A DNA stretch of 64,000 nt from a virus. Positions within the stretch are counted from its first letter, which is position 1. Each line of letters begins with the position of its first letter. The position numbers and the translations under genes were made by a program. This document shows positions 29,745-40,305 of this stretch, in pieces. Below the pieces are notes generated by a model, which worked only from the letters and a program-made list of their open reading frames with translations, ran no database searches and was not told the DNA's origin. Location of the stretch: IMG/VR virus record IMGVR_UViG_3300025888_000011, positions 64,001 through 128,000 of that record; one strand, written 5' to 3'.

Positions 29745-31455
29745 TATTGGAATGTCTAGTGGTGGAGGTATAGCTAAGGGAAATATCTTACCTTTACATG
29801 AAAATAGTTATCATGGAATGATATTCGTATGGCTAGAAGACAATTTATCTGAACCTAAATTAATGCAATATAATGCAATTTTAAGAAAATGGAATCCTGT
29901 AGGTTCAAGCAATAATGGAGGAATTTTCATTACAAACGTTCGACCACAAGATTCTGCTGAAAATGTATCAAATAAAATTTATGGAGATGTTGAAAATGTA
30001 AAATTAGATAGTATTATAAGTACAACATCTAAGGTTATCGTTGATGTTTTATTAATTACAGGATGGAAAAACTATGTGCCAAATGCAACTGTTAATAATG
30101 TTCCTTTAATAAATGTAGTTAAGATGCTAGATAGACCATTATTTACAGCGAATATATTATTGGATTTAGAAAGTTCAAATATCCTTAAAGCAGTACATGA
30201 AGACGGAGCATATCATCAAGTAAATGTATCCTATAATAAATTACCTAAAATTACATCTGCATTATTTATAGGGAATTATCCTATTGAAAATATGGTAGAA
30301 CAATCAGAGTTAAAGGAAAATGATTTAGTACAAATAAAAATTCAAACAGATAAGCCTGTAATTAGAGCAGAAATTTCAAATTATGGGGCATGTAAATCTC
30401 AAATTTTCACATTCTCAGAGTCAGATGATATTTCTATTAGTAATATATTAATTGCTAATAGAGGAAATACTGTGCAAGATTTACCTATAAAATTAAGAGT
30501 TCAATCTAATGATGGTGGATGGAGTGATTGGTATACTTCTGATATTACAGGGAATATAGAAAAGGTTAATTTAGTAAAAATAAATAATTTACATCCTATT
30601 ATAAATGTTACTGGTATTAATTATCCAATTAATCAACAAGCTTTGAAAGGAATAGAACAAGCTACTATCATTCATACTGTAAGTAATTATGATAGTATTA
30701 CATATGAAAGTGTTAATGCTGAATTAATTATTGAAAATCACACTATATTTGAAAGTAATAAAACTGTGAGTAGAATAAATGGTGGTTATAATGTCAGCAT
30801 AAATAATTTTAGAATTACTGCTAATAGAATAGCAAATAATGCTAGTACAATTATTAATAAAGTTGTAAATATAGCAAACATAGACCCAATAATAACAATA
30901 CAAGAACAATATATTAGATTGCGTTCATCCGAAACAGGAAGTAATTATTGGATTAAGTTAATATCAAGTCAAAAACTATTAGAAACTCCAAGTTTAAGTA
31001 GTCCCGTGGGAACATTTGTTGGAAACTTCACTACCAGTGATGATATTACATGGAGTAAAACTATTAGTATTTCAGATACAGATAATAAAGGAAATTTTAA
31101 TTATATATCAATGTCTGCAAAGAATTTAGCTGGGAAAGTTGAGACTGCAATAACTGGTGATGATGTGATAATTATTGGTGGTATGACTAGTAGAAAACTT
31201 ACATTTCCTGCATTCCAAAGTACGGTTTGCATAGGTGCAAAAGTTGAGAATACGAGTAAAATATCTGTAATTGATTTATCAGGATATGTGTTTACTTATC
31301 AAAATAGTTTTTCTAATAATCCTCTTACTTTTACTATTGTAGATTTGAATGGAGTATTGGATAATAAGGGAGATTATTTAAAAATTACAGACCTAAATAT
31401 AGTAAATCAGAACTCAACCTCAAATTATTATATCAATTTTGAAGAAATTATATAA
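29734..31455 (+). CDS. Putative virion structural protein, beta-sandwich rich
   Basis: 573 aa, Asn/Ser/Thr/Ile rich; position in fibre cluster. Confidence 0.5.
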   Translation: MLNNIGMSSGGGIAKGNILPLHENSYHGMIFVWLEDNLSEPKLMQYNAILRKWNPVGSSNNGGIFITNVRPQDSAENVSNKIYGDVENVKLDSIISTTSKVIVDVLLITGWKNYVPNATVNNVPLINVVKMLDRPLFTANILLDLESSNILKAVHEDGAYHQVNVSYNKLPKITSALFIGNYPIENMVEQSELKENDLVQIKIQTDKPVIRAEISNYGACKSQIFTFSESDDISISNILIANRGNTVQDLPIKLRVQSNDGGWSDWYTSDITGNIEKVNLVKINNLHPIINVTGINYPINQQALKGIEQATIIHTVSNYDSITYESVNAELIIENHTIFESNKTVSRINGGYNVSINNFRITANRIANNASTIINKVVNIANIDPIITIQEQYIRLRSSETGSNYWIKLISSQKLLETPSLSSPVGTFVGNFTTSDDITWSKTISISDTDNKGNFNYISMSAKNLAGKVETAITGDDVIIIGGMTSRKLTFPAFQSTVCIGAKVENTSKISVIDLSGYVFTYQNSFSNNPLTFTIVDLNGVLDNKGDYLKITDLNIVNQNSTSNYYINFEEII

Positions 31456-31476
31456 ATAACAATAATATAAAATGGA

Positions 31477-31680
31477 GTGATTATTATGAATGAAAATAAA
31501 AAAGTTTTTCCTTGTTACAGTATGCCTTTGTACAAATTCCTAAAATATAATGGATTAAGATATGAAATAACAGGTAAAAACGTTGAAACAGATAAATTAT
31601 TCTATCTTTATATGTATGATGAGAAACTTAAATGTCTATTAAAGAAATGGACAGAAGAAGGTTTGGAATTAAAAAAATAA
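31477..31680 (+). CDS. DUF5659-like small protein
   Basis: FPCYSMPLYKFLKYNGLRY..NVETDKLFYLY..L..LLKKW. Confidence 0.75.
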   Translation: MIIMNENKKVFPCYSMPLYKFLKYNGLRYEITGKNVETDKLFYLYMYDEKLKCLLKKWTEEGLELKK

Positions 31681-31708
31681 TAGTTAAAAACAAAATAATA
31701 TAATATGC

Positions 31709-31743
31709 AAAAGAGTTAATCAATTTGGTTGGCTCTTTTATTA
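31709..31743 (+). terminator. Terminator between mini-gene and endonuclease
   Basis: AAAAGAGTTAATC/GGTTGGCTCTTTT stem. Confidence 0.6.
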
Positions 31744-31776
31744 TGTAGTTTTATAAAAAATAGATAAATTAAAGGA

Positions 31777-33171
31777 GTGGATTTTATGTTATTAACAAAA
31801 GAAGTGGAAATAGGTTTAGGTGGAGGAAATGCAAAGTATTACGAAAATTTAGGATATGAAATACCTAGGGAAGTTAGCAAATACGGAAAATTAGTAATTT
31901 CTAAAAGTCTTAAATTAAAAGTAAGAGTAAATGATTTAAAAAACAATTCAGTGGTTAAGGTTTATGTTAAATGTGATTGTGAAGATTGCACGACACCAAT
32001 AACAAAACCTGTAGTATGGCAAGCTTATTTGAAATGTGTAAAAGATGATGGGAATTATTATTGTCAAAAATGTGGTTATAAATTATTTGCTAAAGAAAGT
32101 GAGTTGAAAACAAGAATAAAAAATGGTAAATCACTTGAGGAATGGTGTATAGAAAATGACAGAAAAGATATTTTGGATAGATGGGATTATGAAAAGAATA
32201 AAACAACTCCAAAAGATATTACATATAAAACAAGTAAAAAACATTGGTTTAAATGCCCAAGAGGTATACATCTAAGTGAACTAAGAGGTACTAATCATTT
32301 TGTAGAAAGGAATAGTATTGAGTTAAGTTGTAAACAATGTAATTCTTTTGCTCAATGGGGAATCGATAATATTGATAAAGATTTCTTAAAAATATATTGG
32401 GACTATGAAAAAAATATGGATAATCCTTGGGAAGTTGATTATGGAAGTGGTAAAAAAGTATTTATTATATGCCAAGAAAAAGACTATCATGAAAGTTATC
32501 TTACATCACCATATGAATTTACGATTGGAAATAGATGTACTTTTTGTTCAAATAGTAGTGGGCAGATTCATGAATATGATAGTCTAGGATATCTATATCC
32601 AATGTCATTAGAAATATGGAGTGATAAAAATATAAAAACTCCATTTGAATACGCACTTAAATCACATGAAAAAGTTTGGTGGAAGTGTCTTGAGGGGAAA
32701 CATGAAGATTATTTTAGAAGAATAAGTGATTCAACTATTCAAGAATTTCGATGTGCTGACTGTGTTCAAGAAAGGGAAGAATCATTCCTACAAGAAAAAG
32801 TTAGGTTATATTTAAATGAGTTGGGATATGAAGTTTTACATGAATATGATACATTAAAGTGCATTAATCCCAAAACCAAACGCATATTACCTTATGATAA
32901 TCAAGTCGAGGAATTAAAATTTATTTTAGAGGTAATGGGAATTCAGCATTATAAAGTTACAGGTTTTCACAAAAAACATGCTAAAAGAAATAACACAACG
33001 CCTGAATATGAATTACACATGCAACAAGTCAGAGACAGATATAAGAGAATATTTGCCAAAAAGCAAGGATTTTTTTATATACCAATACCTTATTGGACAG
33101 ATAATAAACAAGAAGAATATAAGACTTTGATTGATGATAAGATTAAAGAGATTTTAAGTAAAAGGAGGTGA
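31777..33171 (+). CDS. Free-standing zinc-ribbon repeat / PD-(D/E)XK endonuclease
   Basis: YYENLGY..CDCEDC; WxKC..H repeats; LPYDN..ILEVMGIQH; C-terminus closely similar to 22603..23730. Confidence 0.75.
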   Translation: MDFMLLTKEVEIGLGGGNAKYYENLGYEIPREVSKYGKLVISKSLKLKVRVNDLKNNSVVKVYVKCDCEDCTTPITKPVVWQAYLKCVKDDGNYYCQKCGYKLFAKESELKTRIKNGKSLEEWCIENDRKDILDRWDYEKNKTTPKDITYKTSKKHWFKCPRGIHLSELRGTNHFVERNSIELSCKQCNSFAQWGIDNIDKDFLKIYWDYEKNMDNPWEVDYGSGKKVFIICQEKDYHESYLTSPYEFTIGNRCTFCSNSSGQIHEYDSLGYLYPMSLEIWSDKNIKTPFEYALKSHEKVWWKCLEGKHEDYFRRISDSTIQEFRCADCVQEREESFLQEKVRLYLNELGYEVLHEYDTLKCINPKTKRILPYDNQVEELKFILEVMGIQHYKVTGFHKKHAKRNNTTPEYELHMQQVRDRYKRIFAKKQGFFYIPIPYWTDNKQEEYKTLIDDKIKEILSKRR

Positions 33172-33176
33172 TATAA

Positions 33177-36100
33177 TTGTTAACAATAGATGAGATTAAG
33201 AGCTTTTTGTATAGTGAACTTCCTACTAGACCAGTACAAATTGCTAATGATGATGCTATTGGTAATCCTAATGTGAGTATTATTCCAAAAGTGCAATTTG
33301 CACCACTTGGAACGCAATATTTACAAAATGATATTATACCTCATCCTTTATTTATAAGAGTTAATGTAGGAACTTTAGACGATTGGATAGAAATTGGAAG
33401 TGGAAGTGGTTCGGTGGGGACATCGGGGGACATGTTGTACAAAGATTCTCGCCCGAGTGATATTGTGGTAGGTGGAGTGAATATAGGATATAAGCCAAAA
33501 GTTTCTGGAATTTCAATAACAAAACTTATGAGTCTTATATTACATGCTGGTTCAACAGAAATAGTTAAACCTCCTATCGTCAATCAATCAATTTTAGATG
33601 GCACAGTAGATGTTTCAATTAATTTAAGTTTTATTAAATATGTTTTAACAGATACTATTAATGCACAAATAAAAGATGTTAGTAAAATAGTTTCAAGTCC
33701 ATTGAATTTAATAAATAATGTTGTTTTGAAAAATAATGAATTATTTGTATATTTAAATCCTATGAATACAGGTCTACTTTATTCTATTACAATAAAACAA
33801 GGAACTATTAGTAACAATGGAGATGATGAGACTACATTTGGAGAATCTACAAATACAATTGATATAACTACAGTATTTGAAACTAGTTGGCTACCAAAAC
33901 CTTCAGAACCTGTAATTCTACAATCAAATTTAAATGTAACAATTGACCAACCAATAAATTTAAGTGAGATTACGTTTGATGTAGACAATGCAATTGCTTT
34001 AAGTTTAAAAAATGGTGCAAAAGTCACTTCAAATATAAGTGGAATTATAAGTAATGCTACATTAGTTGGAAATACTATTCACGTTCCTTTACATAATTTA
34101 TTAAATTTAACTACATATAATATAACTATTCAAGCAGATATTGTAGAAAACAACGGTGATAATATTACGACAGCTAGAACTTCATCAAATACCAATACTG
34201 TTACTGCACAATTTAAAACTATTGCACCTAATGTATCAAAACCAATTATTGGACAATCACCTTTAAATAATACAATAGAACAATCTATATACACAAATGA
34301 AATTGCTTTTCCTGTTTCTAACGCAATAGGATTGACATTGAAAGATGGTAGCAAAGTTACAGTTGCTTCAAGTGGTTCACTTATAACAATTGGGAATGCT
34401 ACATTAGATGCTTCAAACGTATTACATATTCCAATTTTGACAAGTCCATTAGAATACTCAACAAATTATATTATAACAATATTAAATGGAATTGTGGAGA
34501 ATAATGGAGATAATATAAGTAGTTTAGGCAGTGCAGAAAATACAAATACAATAATTGCTAACTTTACTACAACCACAAAACCTAAACCTATAATTCCTTC
34601 AATAAATCAGAGTATTTTAAATAATACAACTGTAGTTTCAGTTAATTTAACAGAAATAACATTTATAGTTTCAAATGATTTTAATTTATCTTTGTTAGAT
34701 GCTACAAAAGTTATATGCGATAAGAGTGGAATTGTAGGAAATGCTACTTTAGACTTACCAACAAAAACAATTCATGTTCCTATAATAAAAGTATTGGATT
34801 ATTATACAAGTTACTATATAACTATTCAAAGTGGATTAATTGCAAACAATGGAGACAATATAAATACTTTTGGTACAAGTACGAATAATAGCATTACTGC
34901 TAAGATTACTACTGAACCAACAACTGTTACTAAACCAATTGTGGGACAATCAAGTGCGAATAGTTTAACAAATCAATCTAGAACATTAACAGAAGTTACT
35001 TTCCCTATTACAAACATAATTGGTACAATGATGAAAGATACTACAAAAATAACTTGTGACCATATTGGAATAATTGGAACACCTACTTATGGTAGTGGAT
35101 TTATTCATGTTCCTATAATAGCAACATTGGATTATATTACAAATTATTCAATAACTGTTGGTATTGATTCTATTGAAAATCATGGAAATGGAATTGCACA
35201 TTTAGGTGTAAATGCTAATACTAATATCATTACAACAACATTTACAACTATTGATAGACCTAAACCTACACCACCTATAATTTTGCAATCGTCTTTAAAC
35301 AATGCTATAAATCAATTAACAACTTTAAGTGAAATTACTTTTGATGTTAGTAATAGTATTGATTTAACACTTGCAGATGGATTAAAAGTTTCTAGTAGTC
35401 CAAGTGGAATTGCTGGGACAACTAGTTTAGTAGGAAACATTATTCATATTCCTTTAATTAATTTAAATGTAGGAACTACATATTCAGTTACAATTCAAAG
35501 TGGCATTGTTCAAAATAACAGTGATGGAATAAATACAAGTGGAAGTACAATTAATAGTAATTCTATTACTGCAATTTTTAAAACTAAAGCAGGGAATGTA
35601 TCTGAACCTATAGTGCAACAAAGTTCATTAAATGGTTCTACTAATAAAGAAATTTCATTGAGTGAAATAACATTTAATGTGTCTAATGCGATAGGAACAG
35701 TATTAAAAAATGGTTCATTAGTATCAATTAGTCCAAGTGGAAGTATAGGTGTTGTTACTTTAGATGTTTCCAATATAATACATGTACCTTTAAGTAGTTT
35801 AACTTATAGTACAACATATTCAGTTACAGTTAATAATGGAATTGTAGAAAATACTGGAGATGGTACTAGTTCGAGTGGTACTGCTTTAAATACAAATACT
35901 GTAATCACAAGTTTTACTACAAGAAGTATATTATCTCCACCTACAATAAGTGCTTCAGTCACAACAAGTTATCCTCAAAATACAACTCAAATTATATATG
36001 CTATAAATCAAAGTGGATGCACTTTGTTAGACACAAGTAAAATTACTGTAACAGGTGCAAATAAAGGAACAGTTAGTATTAGTGGAAATCAGTTGATTAT

Positions 36101-36563
36101 TCCTATAGGGGGATTAATTGTTGGAAATACAGTTACGATTTCTATAATAAGTGGTGCAATAAAAAATAGTGATGGAGTCAATAATAGTGATGTAAGCGAT
36201 TCTACATTTGCTATAAGTGAAGCAGAAGTTGCATTGCCCTCACATGATTTTGAGTTAGATATTGACTGGGCAACGGGAATTGGAAGTATGAATTTAACTA
36301 CAGTAACTGGATATAGTCCTACCAATCCATTGTCAATAGCCAATTATACTGTACAAAAAATACAAGTTTATTTTTTAGGTGTTAAGTTAGATTTAGACAG
36401 TGGTTCACCTCAAAAGAATGAACGTATTCCTATAAGGGATTATGAATCTAGTGCTACTCCAAATGCTTATGTAGGAAAATGGTATATCACCTCAGCAAAT
36501 ACACTTAAAATAACTTCTGCACCAACAACAAATATTAAGATAAAACTTATAAGATTAATTTAA
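33177..36563 (+). CDS. Large Ig-like repeat protein (7 full plus 1 degenerate ~115-aa repeats)
   Basis: Repeats P.I.QS.LN..EITF.V.N..IHVP..Y.ITI..NNGD..TN..F.T, resembling SbsA/Big_5-type Ig domains. Confidence 0.7.
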   Translation: MLTIDEIKSFLYSELPTRPVQIANDDAIGNPNVSIIPKVQFAPLGTQYLQNDIIPHPLFIRVNVGTLDDWIEIGSGSGSVGTSGDMLYKDSRPSDIVVGGVNIGYKPKVSGISITKLMSLILHAGSTEIVKPPIVNQSILDGTVDVSINLSFIKYVLTDTINAQIKDVSKIVSSPLNLINNVVLKNNELFVYLNPMNTGLLYSITIKQGTISNNGDDETTFGESTNTIDITTVFETSWLPKPSEPVILQSNLNVTIDQPINLSEITFDVDNAIALSLKNGAKVTSNISGIISNATLVGNTIHVPLHNLLNLTTYNITIQADIVENNGDNITTARTSSNTNTVTAQFKTIAPNVSKPIIGQSPLNNTIEQSIYTNEIAFPVSNAIGLTLKDGSKVTVASSGSLITIGNATLDASNVLHIPILTSPLEYSTNYIITILNGIVENNGDNISSLGSAENTNTIIANFTTTTKPKPIIPSINQSILNNTTVVSVNLTEITFIVSNDFNLSLLDATKVICDKSGIVGNATLDLPTKTIHVPIIKVLDYYTSYYITIQSGLIANNGDNINTFGTSTNNSITAKITTEPTTVTKPIVGQSSANSLTNQSRTLTEVTFPITNIIGTMMKDTTKITCDHIGIIGTPTYGSGFIHVPIIATLDYITNYSITVGIDSIENHGNGIAHLGVNANTNIITTTFTTIDRPKPTPPIILQSSLNNAINQLTTLSEITFDVSNSIDLTLADGLKVSSSPSGIAGTTSLVGNIIHIPLINLNVGTTYSVTIQSGIVQNNSDGINTSGSTINSNSITAIFKTKAGNVSEPIVQQSSLNGSTNKEISLSEITFNVSNAIGTVLKNGSLVSISPSGSIGVVTLDVSNIIHVPLSSLTYSTTYSVTVNNGIVENTGDGTSSSGTALNTNTVITSFTTRSILSPPTISASVTTSYPQNTTQIIYAINQSGCTLLDTSKITVTGANKGTVSISGNQLIIPIGGLIVGNTVTISIISGAIKNSDGVNNSDVSDSTFAISEAEVALPSHDFELDIDWATGIGSMNLTTVTGYSPTNPLSIANYTVQKIQVYFLGVKLDLDSGSPQKNERIPIRDYESSATPNAYVGKWYITSANTLKITSAPTTNIKIKLIRLI

Positions 36564-36575
36564 GGGGGTGGCTAA

Positions 36576-37067
36576 ATGGCTTATGATTCAAGTGTAGACT
36601 TGCAACAAATACAATCTGATGCCTTAACAGGAGATACTGAATCTAATTTATTAATGCCTTTTAACTCCCTTGGTTTTTTAAATAAGGCATTAAATACTGA
36701 TTCTAAAAGTGTAGTTTCTGCAATCAATGATATTCAAGGATTAACCGATATATTATTTGGTAATTTTACTAATTTTGGTAATAAATTGAATGGAGTATTG
36801 TTAGATGTAGAATCCTCAGCAGGTCAAGCTAAAAGAGATGAAATGAAATTACTAACGGGGTATAATACAGTACTCGAAGCTATTGTTGAGATAGCAAAAA
36901 GAGGTAATGGAAGTGGCACAAGTGGATTAATTAAGGGCTTTACAATGGATAATTTGACTAATATTTTAACATTAACATTGACAGATGACACAACCTATCC
37001 AATTGATTTTACCGCTATATTAGATACAAAAGCAAACAAAATAGATTTAGAATGGGGAAGTTTTTAG
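36576..37067 (+). CDS. Fibre-associated protein
   Basis: LNTDSKSVVSAIND motif common in fibre proteins; ends EWGSF. Confidence 0.5.
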   Translation: MAYDSSVDLQQIQSDALTGDTESNLLMPFNSLGFLNKALNTDSKSVVSAINDIQGLTDILFGNFTNFGNKLNGVLLDVESSAGQAKRDEMKLLTGYNTVLEAIVEIAKRGNGSGTSGLIKGFTMDNLTNILTLTLTDDTTYPIDFTAILDTKANKIDLEWGSF

Positions 37068-37134
37068 GACTTCCCTTTTTATAAACAACAAATGAATAAA
37101 AAGTAATACAAATTTTAAGGAGGTATTTATAAAA

Positions 37135-37956
37135 ATGGCTATAGGACAAATTAAGCTTTTACAGGGTCTTGAGGTAAATTTACCTGTTTCTGGTGCAATA
37201 AATGAACTCTATTTTACAGAATCTGGAAAAATATTTAAAGGTACAGGTAGTTCTTTAATTGAATATTCTAAAGATGTTATTACAACTACAGATTTAGCTT
37301 TAATAATTAGCCCCGAACAAGGGAAAATGTACATAGATACAACTAATTGGACGGTTAATGCTTGGAATGGAACTATATGGAAGGTGTTAGGTGGTTCATT
37401 CACTTCTACTAGTACAGATGCTTTAGAAAATAAAACAATCGATGCTACTAAAAATACTATTACAAATTTAGGAACGAACAATTTTGGTACAGGTGTAGTA
37501 TCTACTGTGATACCAAGCACAGGGGCAGTAGACACAAAATTAGTTACAGAAAAAGCTGTAGCAGATTTAGCATTGGCTTTAGGAACAAAAATTGATGGTG
37601 ATATTAAGAATGTTTCATATGATAGTGTCTTACAGTCTTGGACTTTTACAAAACAAGATAACACAACTATTGTAATAAGTAATATTCTTAACGCTCTTAT
37701 TAAAGGGGTAGCGTACAATCCTTTAACAAAAAAATTAACATTTACATTTGATGGAGACCCAAGTCCTGCACCAGTTGAGATAGATATATCTGATTTAATT
37801 GACGTTTATACGGTTTCTGACACAGATAGTGTTGATTTAACGATGTCTAGTAATAACATTACGGCAGATATAAAATTATCATCTACAAATGGTAATTTAT
37901 TAAGTGTTGAGGTTGGTAAGGGATTATTCGCTACTTTAGATTGGGAAATATTCTAA
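37135..37956 (+). CDS. Fibre-like protein, paralogue of 55502..56515
   Basis: GLEVNLP..ELYFT; QGKMYIDTTNWTVNAWNGT; LENKTIDA. Confidence 0.55.
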   Translation: MAIGQIKLLQGLEVNLPVSGAINELYFTESGKIFKGTGSSLIEYSKDVITTTDLALIISPEQGKMYIDTTNWTVNAWNGTIWKVLGGSFTSTSTDALENKTIDATKNTITNLGTNNFGTGVVSTVIPSTGAVDTKLVTEKAVADLALALGTKIDGDIKNVSYDSVLQSWTFTKQDNTTIVISNILNALIKGVAYNPLTKKLTFTFDGDPSPAPVEIDISDLIDVYTVSDTDSVDLTMSSNNITADIKLSSTNGNLLSVEVGKGLFATLDWEIF

Positions 37957-37987
37957 TAATATAAAAAGAAAAGAGGTGTAAACATTT

Positions 37988-38695
37988 ATGGCACAAGTCA
38001 AATTCCATGTTGGAAATAAAAGTAGTTTACCTGTAATAGCAACAAATGGTGGGGAGATTTTCTGTTGCTCAGATGTGGGAGAAATGTATATTTCTAAAGA
38101 TAATTTATCTCTTCAATTATACACTAACATTATTTTATTAGAGGATGAGGATGAAAAAGATGGTTTGTTTGCACCTCTTACAGATAAATTCTACTATATT
38201 AAATCTACGAAGAAATTTTATAATTTTGATGGAAATTTATTTAATCTCATTGGAACAGGTGTTGCTGATAACATAACGATTATTGGTGGTAATATGATTA
38301 AATATTCCTTTTCAGAATCTTTTGTAGTAGCTAATTGGTTAGGATTTTCTCCTAATTTTTATATAAATTTATCTCAATCAGTTCACAAACAAGGAGCAAC
38401 TAATAAACTAGAAATAGATTTTTTTGAAAATGGAGAGAGCGTGTTTTGTGATTATAAAGTAGATGATTTTGGAAATATTTCATTTTATTCTAGCGTTCCT
38501 TTTGATGGATATTTAATTGTAACAAATCCTAATGGATTAAAACTTGATGAACAAAGTTTAACAATTAATGATACAGTCCAAAATCTTGAGTTGACAGGAT
38601 TTAACTCTGCAATAGAAGGGCAAATACCTCAAAAGAATGCAGAAGGTAAAATCTCATGGATTGATACTAAATTTTGTGAATGGAACGACTTGTAA
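37988..38695 (+). CDS. Fibre-like protein, N-terminus paralogous to 56598..57104
   Basis: VKFHVG..SLP; GLFAPLTDKFYY. Confidence 0.55.
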   Translation: MAQVKFHVGNKSSLPVIATNGGEIFCCSDVGEMYISKDNLSLQLYTNIILLEDEDEKDGLFAPLTDKFYYIKSTKKFYNFDGNLFNLIGTGVADNITIIGGNMIKYSFSESFVVANWLGFSPNFYINLSQSVHKQGATNKLEIDFFENGESVFCDYKVDDFGNISFYSSVPFDGYLIVTNPNGLKLDEQSLTINDTVQNLELTGFNSAIEGQIPQKNAEGKISWIDTKFCEWNDL

Positions 38696-38722
38696 TATGG
38701 AGAATAGAGAAGGTGACAAATC

Positions 38723-39253
38723 TTGATATATAAAAATCCTATAAATTTCCCAGAAATAGTTGGAACTCCTAACACTCCTAATCAAAATTCTATAACACTT
38801 TTTGCTAGAAATGATGGTGATTTGTATAAAGTGAACTCTCATGGAGTTGTTTCTAAAATTGCCAGTAATTCAGGTGTTTCAGATACAAAAACAATATGCT
38901 TTCAGTATTTTGGATTATTACGTGATATGGAAAAGTTAGTTATATCTTTTCCATATAATGGTGTAATTACAGATGTATTTGCTTCTTGTACTAAGGTTGG
39001 TTCTATGGACACAGAGATAAAAATAGAAAAAATAAGCAAAAGTGATTTTATTAATGATGTGGATATATGGACTAATATATTTATTTCTAATATGGTTATT
39101 GAATCAGATAAAAAAACTCATAATGGGCTATTTACAATTGATTTAATTAATGGAATGGAAAATGTTATTGCTGAAGATAGATTTAGATTAAGCTTAGTTG
39201 GAGAAACAGATATGGAATGTTTAAACGTAGAAATAAAGATAACGTTAAATTAG
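38723..39253 (+). CDS. Putative structural protein
   Basis: FPYNGVITDVFASC..DRFRL..LNVEI pattern; position. Confidence 0.45.
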   Translation: MIYKNPINFPEIVGTPNTPNQNSITLFARNDGDLYKVNSHGVVSKIASNSGVSDTKTICFQYFGLLRDMEKLVISFPYNGVITDVFASCTKVGSMDTEIKIEKISKSDFINDVDIWTNIFISNMVIESDKKTHNGLFTIDLINGMENVIAEDRFRLSLVGETDMECLNVEIKITLN

Positions 39254-39324
39254 ATATAATTAAAATAATATAAAAAATAATTAAGATAATAAAGTAATTT
39301 AAAAATGAAAGGATATGATGAATT

Positions 39325-39940
39325 ATGCCAACCCCAATCGTCTCATGGAAATTAGCTAACAATACTGCACCTACACTTTGCGATTTCGGAACAATCGATG
39401 CAGGCTCGGTTTCTGCAACACCATTAGAGTTTAATTTATGGAATAATCAGAATGGTTCAAGTGCATTATCAAACTGTGAAGGATGTAAACTCACTACAAA
39501 AGATAATGCCACAGGAGATATGTTGTCAGAACCAGTAAAAGGAAAATGGGTAGAAGTAAAAGGTGTATCTGCATCAGAACACGATTTCTTTCCAATCGGA
39601 AGTACATATATACCACCAGTAGGGGCTTCTCCTGCTTCGTATACAGAAGTAGCACATAACGTGTTCTCTGACGACTCCGCTATCCCTCATCAAGTAACAA
39701 CTCCATCTAGTCCTACTGATAAGATGCTATGGATAGATACAACTAATAACGCAACAACAGGAAACGTAATGAGGCAATACGATGCTACAGGTGCAGGAAG
39801 TTGGAATGTAGCTAATGTAATATCGGGAAAAATAAATGATGGTACATTAGCAAATAGTAAAGCAAATTACACATCAATATCTCTAAGAGCAAATATTCCA
39901 TCTTCTGCTCCAGCTGGAACTTTTCTTTTTGTGACTAGGT
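39325..39940 (+). CDS. Putative structural protein, exon 1
   Basis: PIVSW..DFGTIDAG..LWNN; ends GTFLFVTR plus one T. Confidence 0.7.
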
Positions 39941-40212
39941 AAATCTTTGCCGTCTATAGAAGAAATTTTATAGATTATTAGTGGGTAAAATCGGTGAAAT
40001 CGTCCATTAAAAACGACAATACCGAGGTAAACTAAGAAATTAAAAAATCTTAGTCACCGTAGAGCATAGCAATTGAAACTACATAGTAGAATATAAAATT
40101 GCCACGAGTATCCGCCACCTAAACGTAAAGACGAAGGTGAAAATATATGCCGAACTATACCAATGGAAAAGGTATAGAAGCTAAGATAAAAAGCTTAGTG
40201 ATAACACGATTG
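39941..40212 (+). ncRNA. Group I intron (ORF-less, 272 nt), same subfamily as the terL intron
   Basis: P1 GGT/GCC with U.G, P10 ATCTT/GAGAT, P3 GTGGGTA/TATCCGC, P7 GCATA/TATGC, ends TTG. Confidence 0.9.
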
Positions 40213-40232
40213 TGAGATATTCATTTACATAA
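40213..40232 (+). CDS. Exon 2 (20 nt) completing ...FVTR-LRYSFT*
   Basis: T+TG AGA TAT TCA TTT ACA TAA in frame after splicing. Confidence 0.75.
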
Positions 40233-40305
40233 ACAATAAATAAAAATATTATAAAAATCAAAAGGAAATGGCTTTGTTTAAGTTGTAACCTTTTGATTTT
40301 TTATT

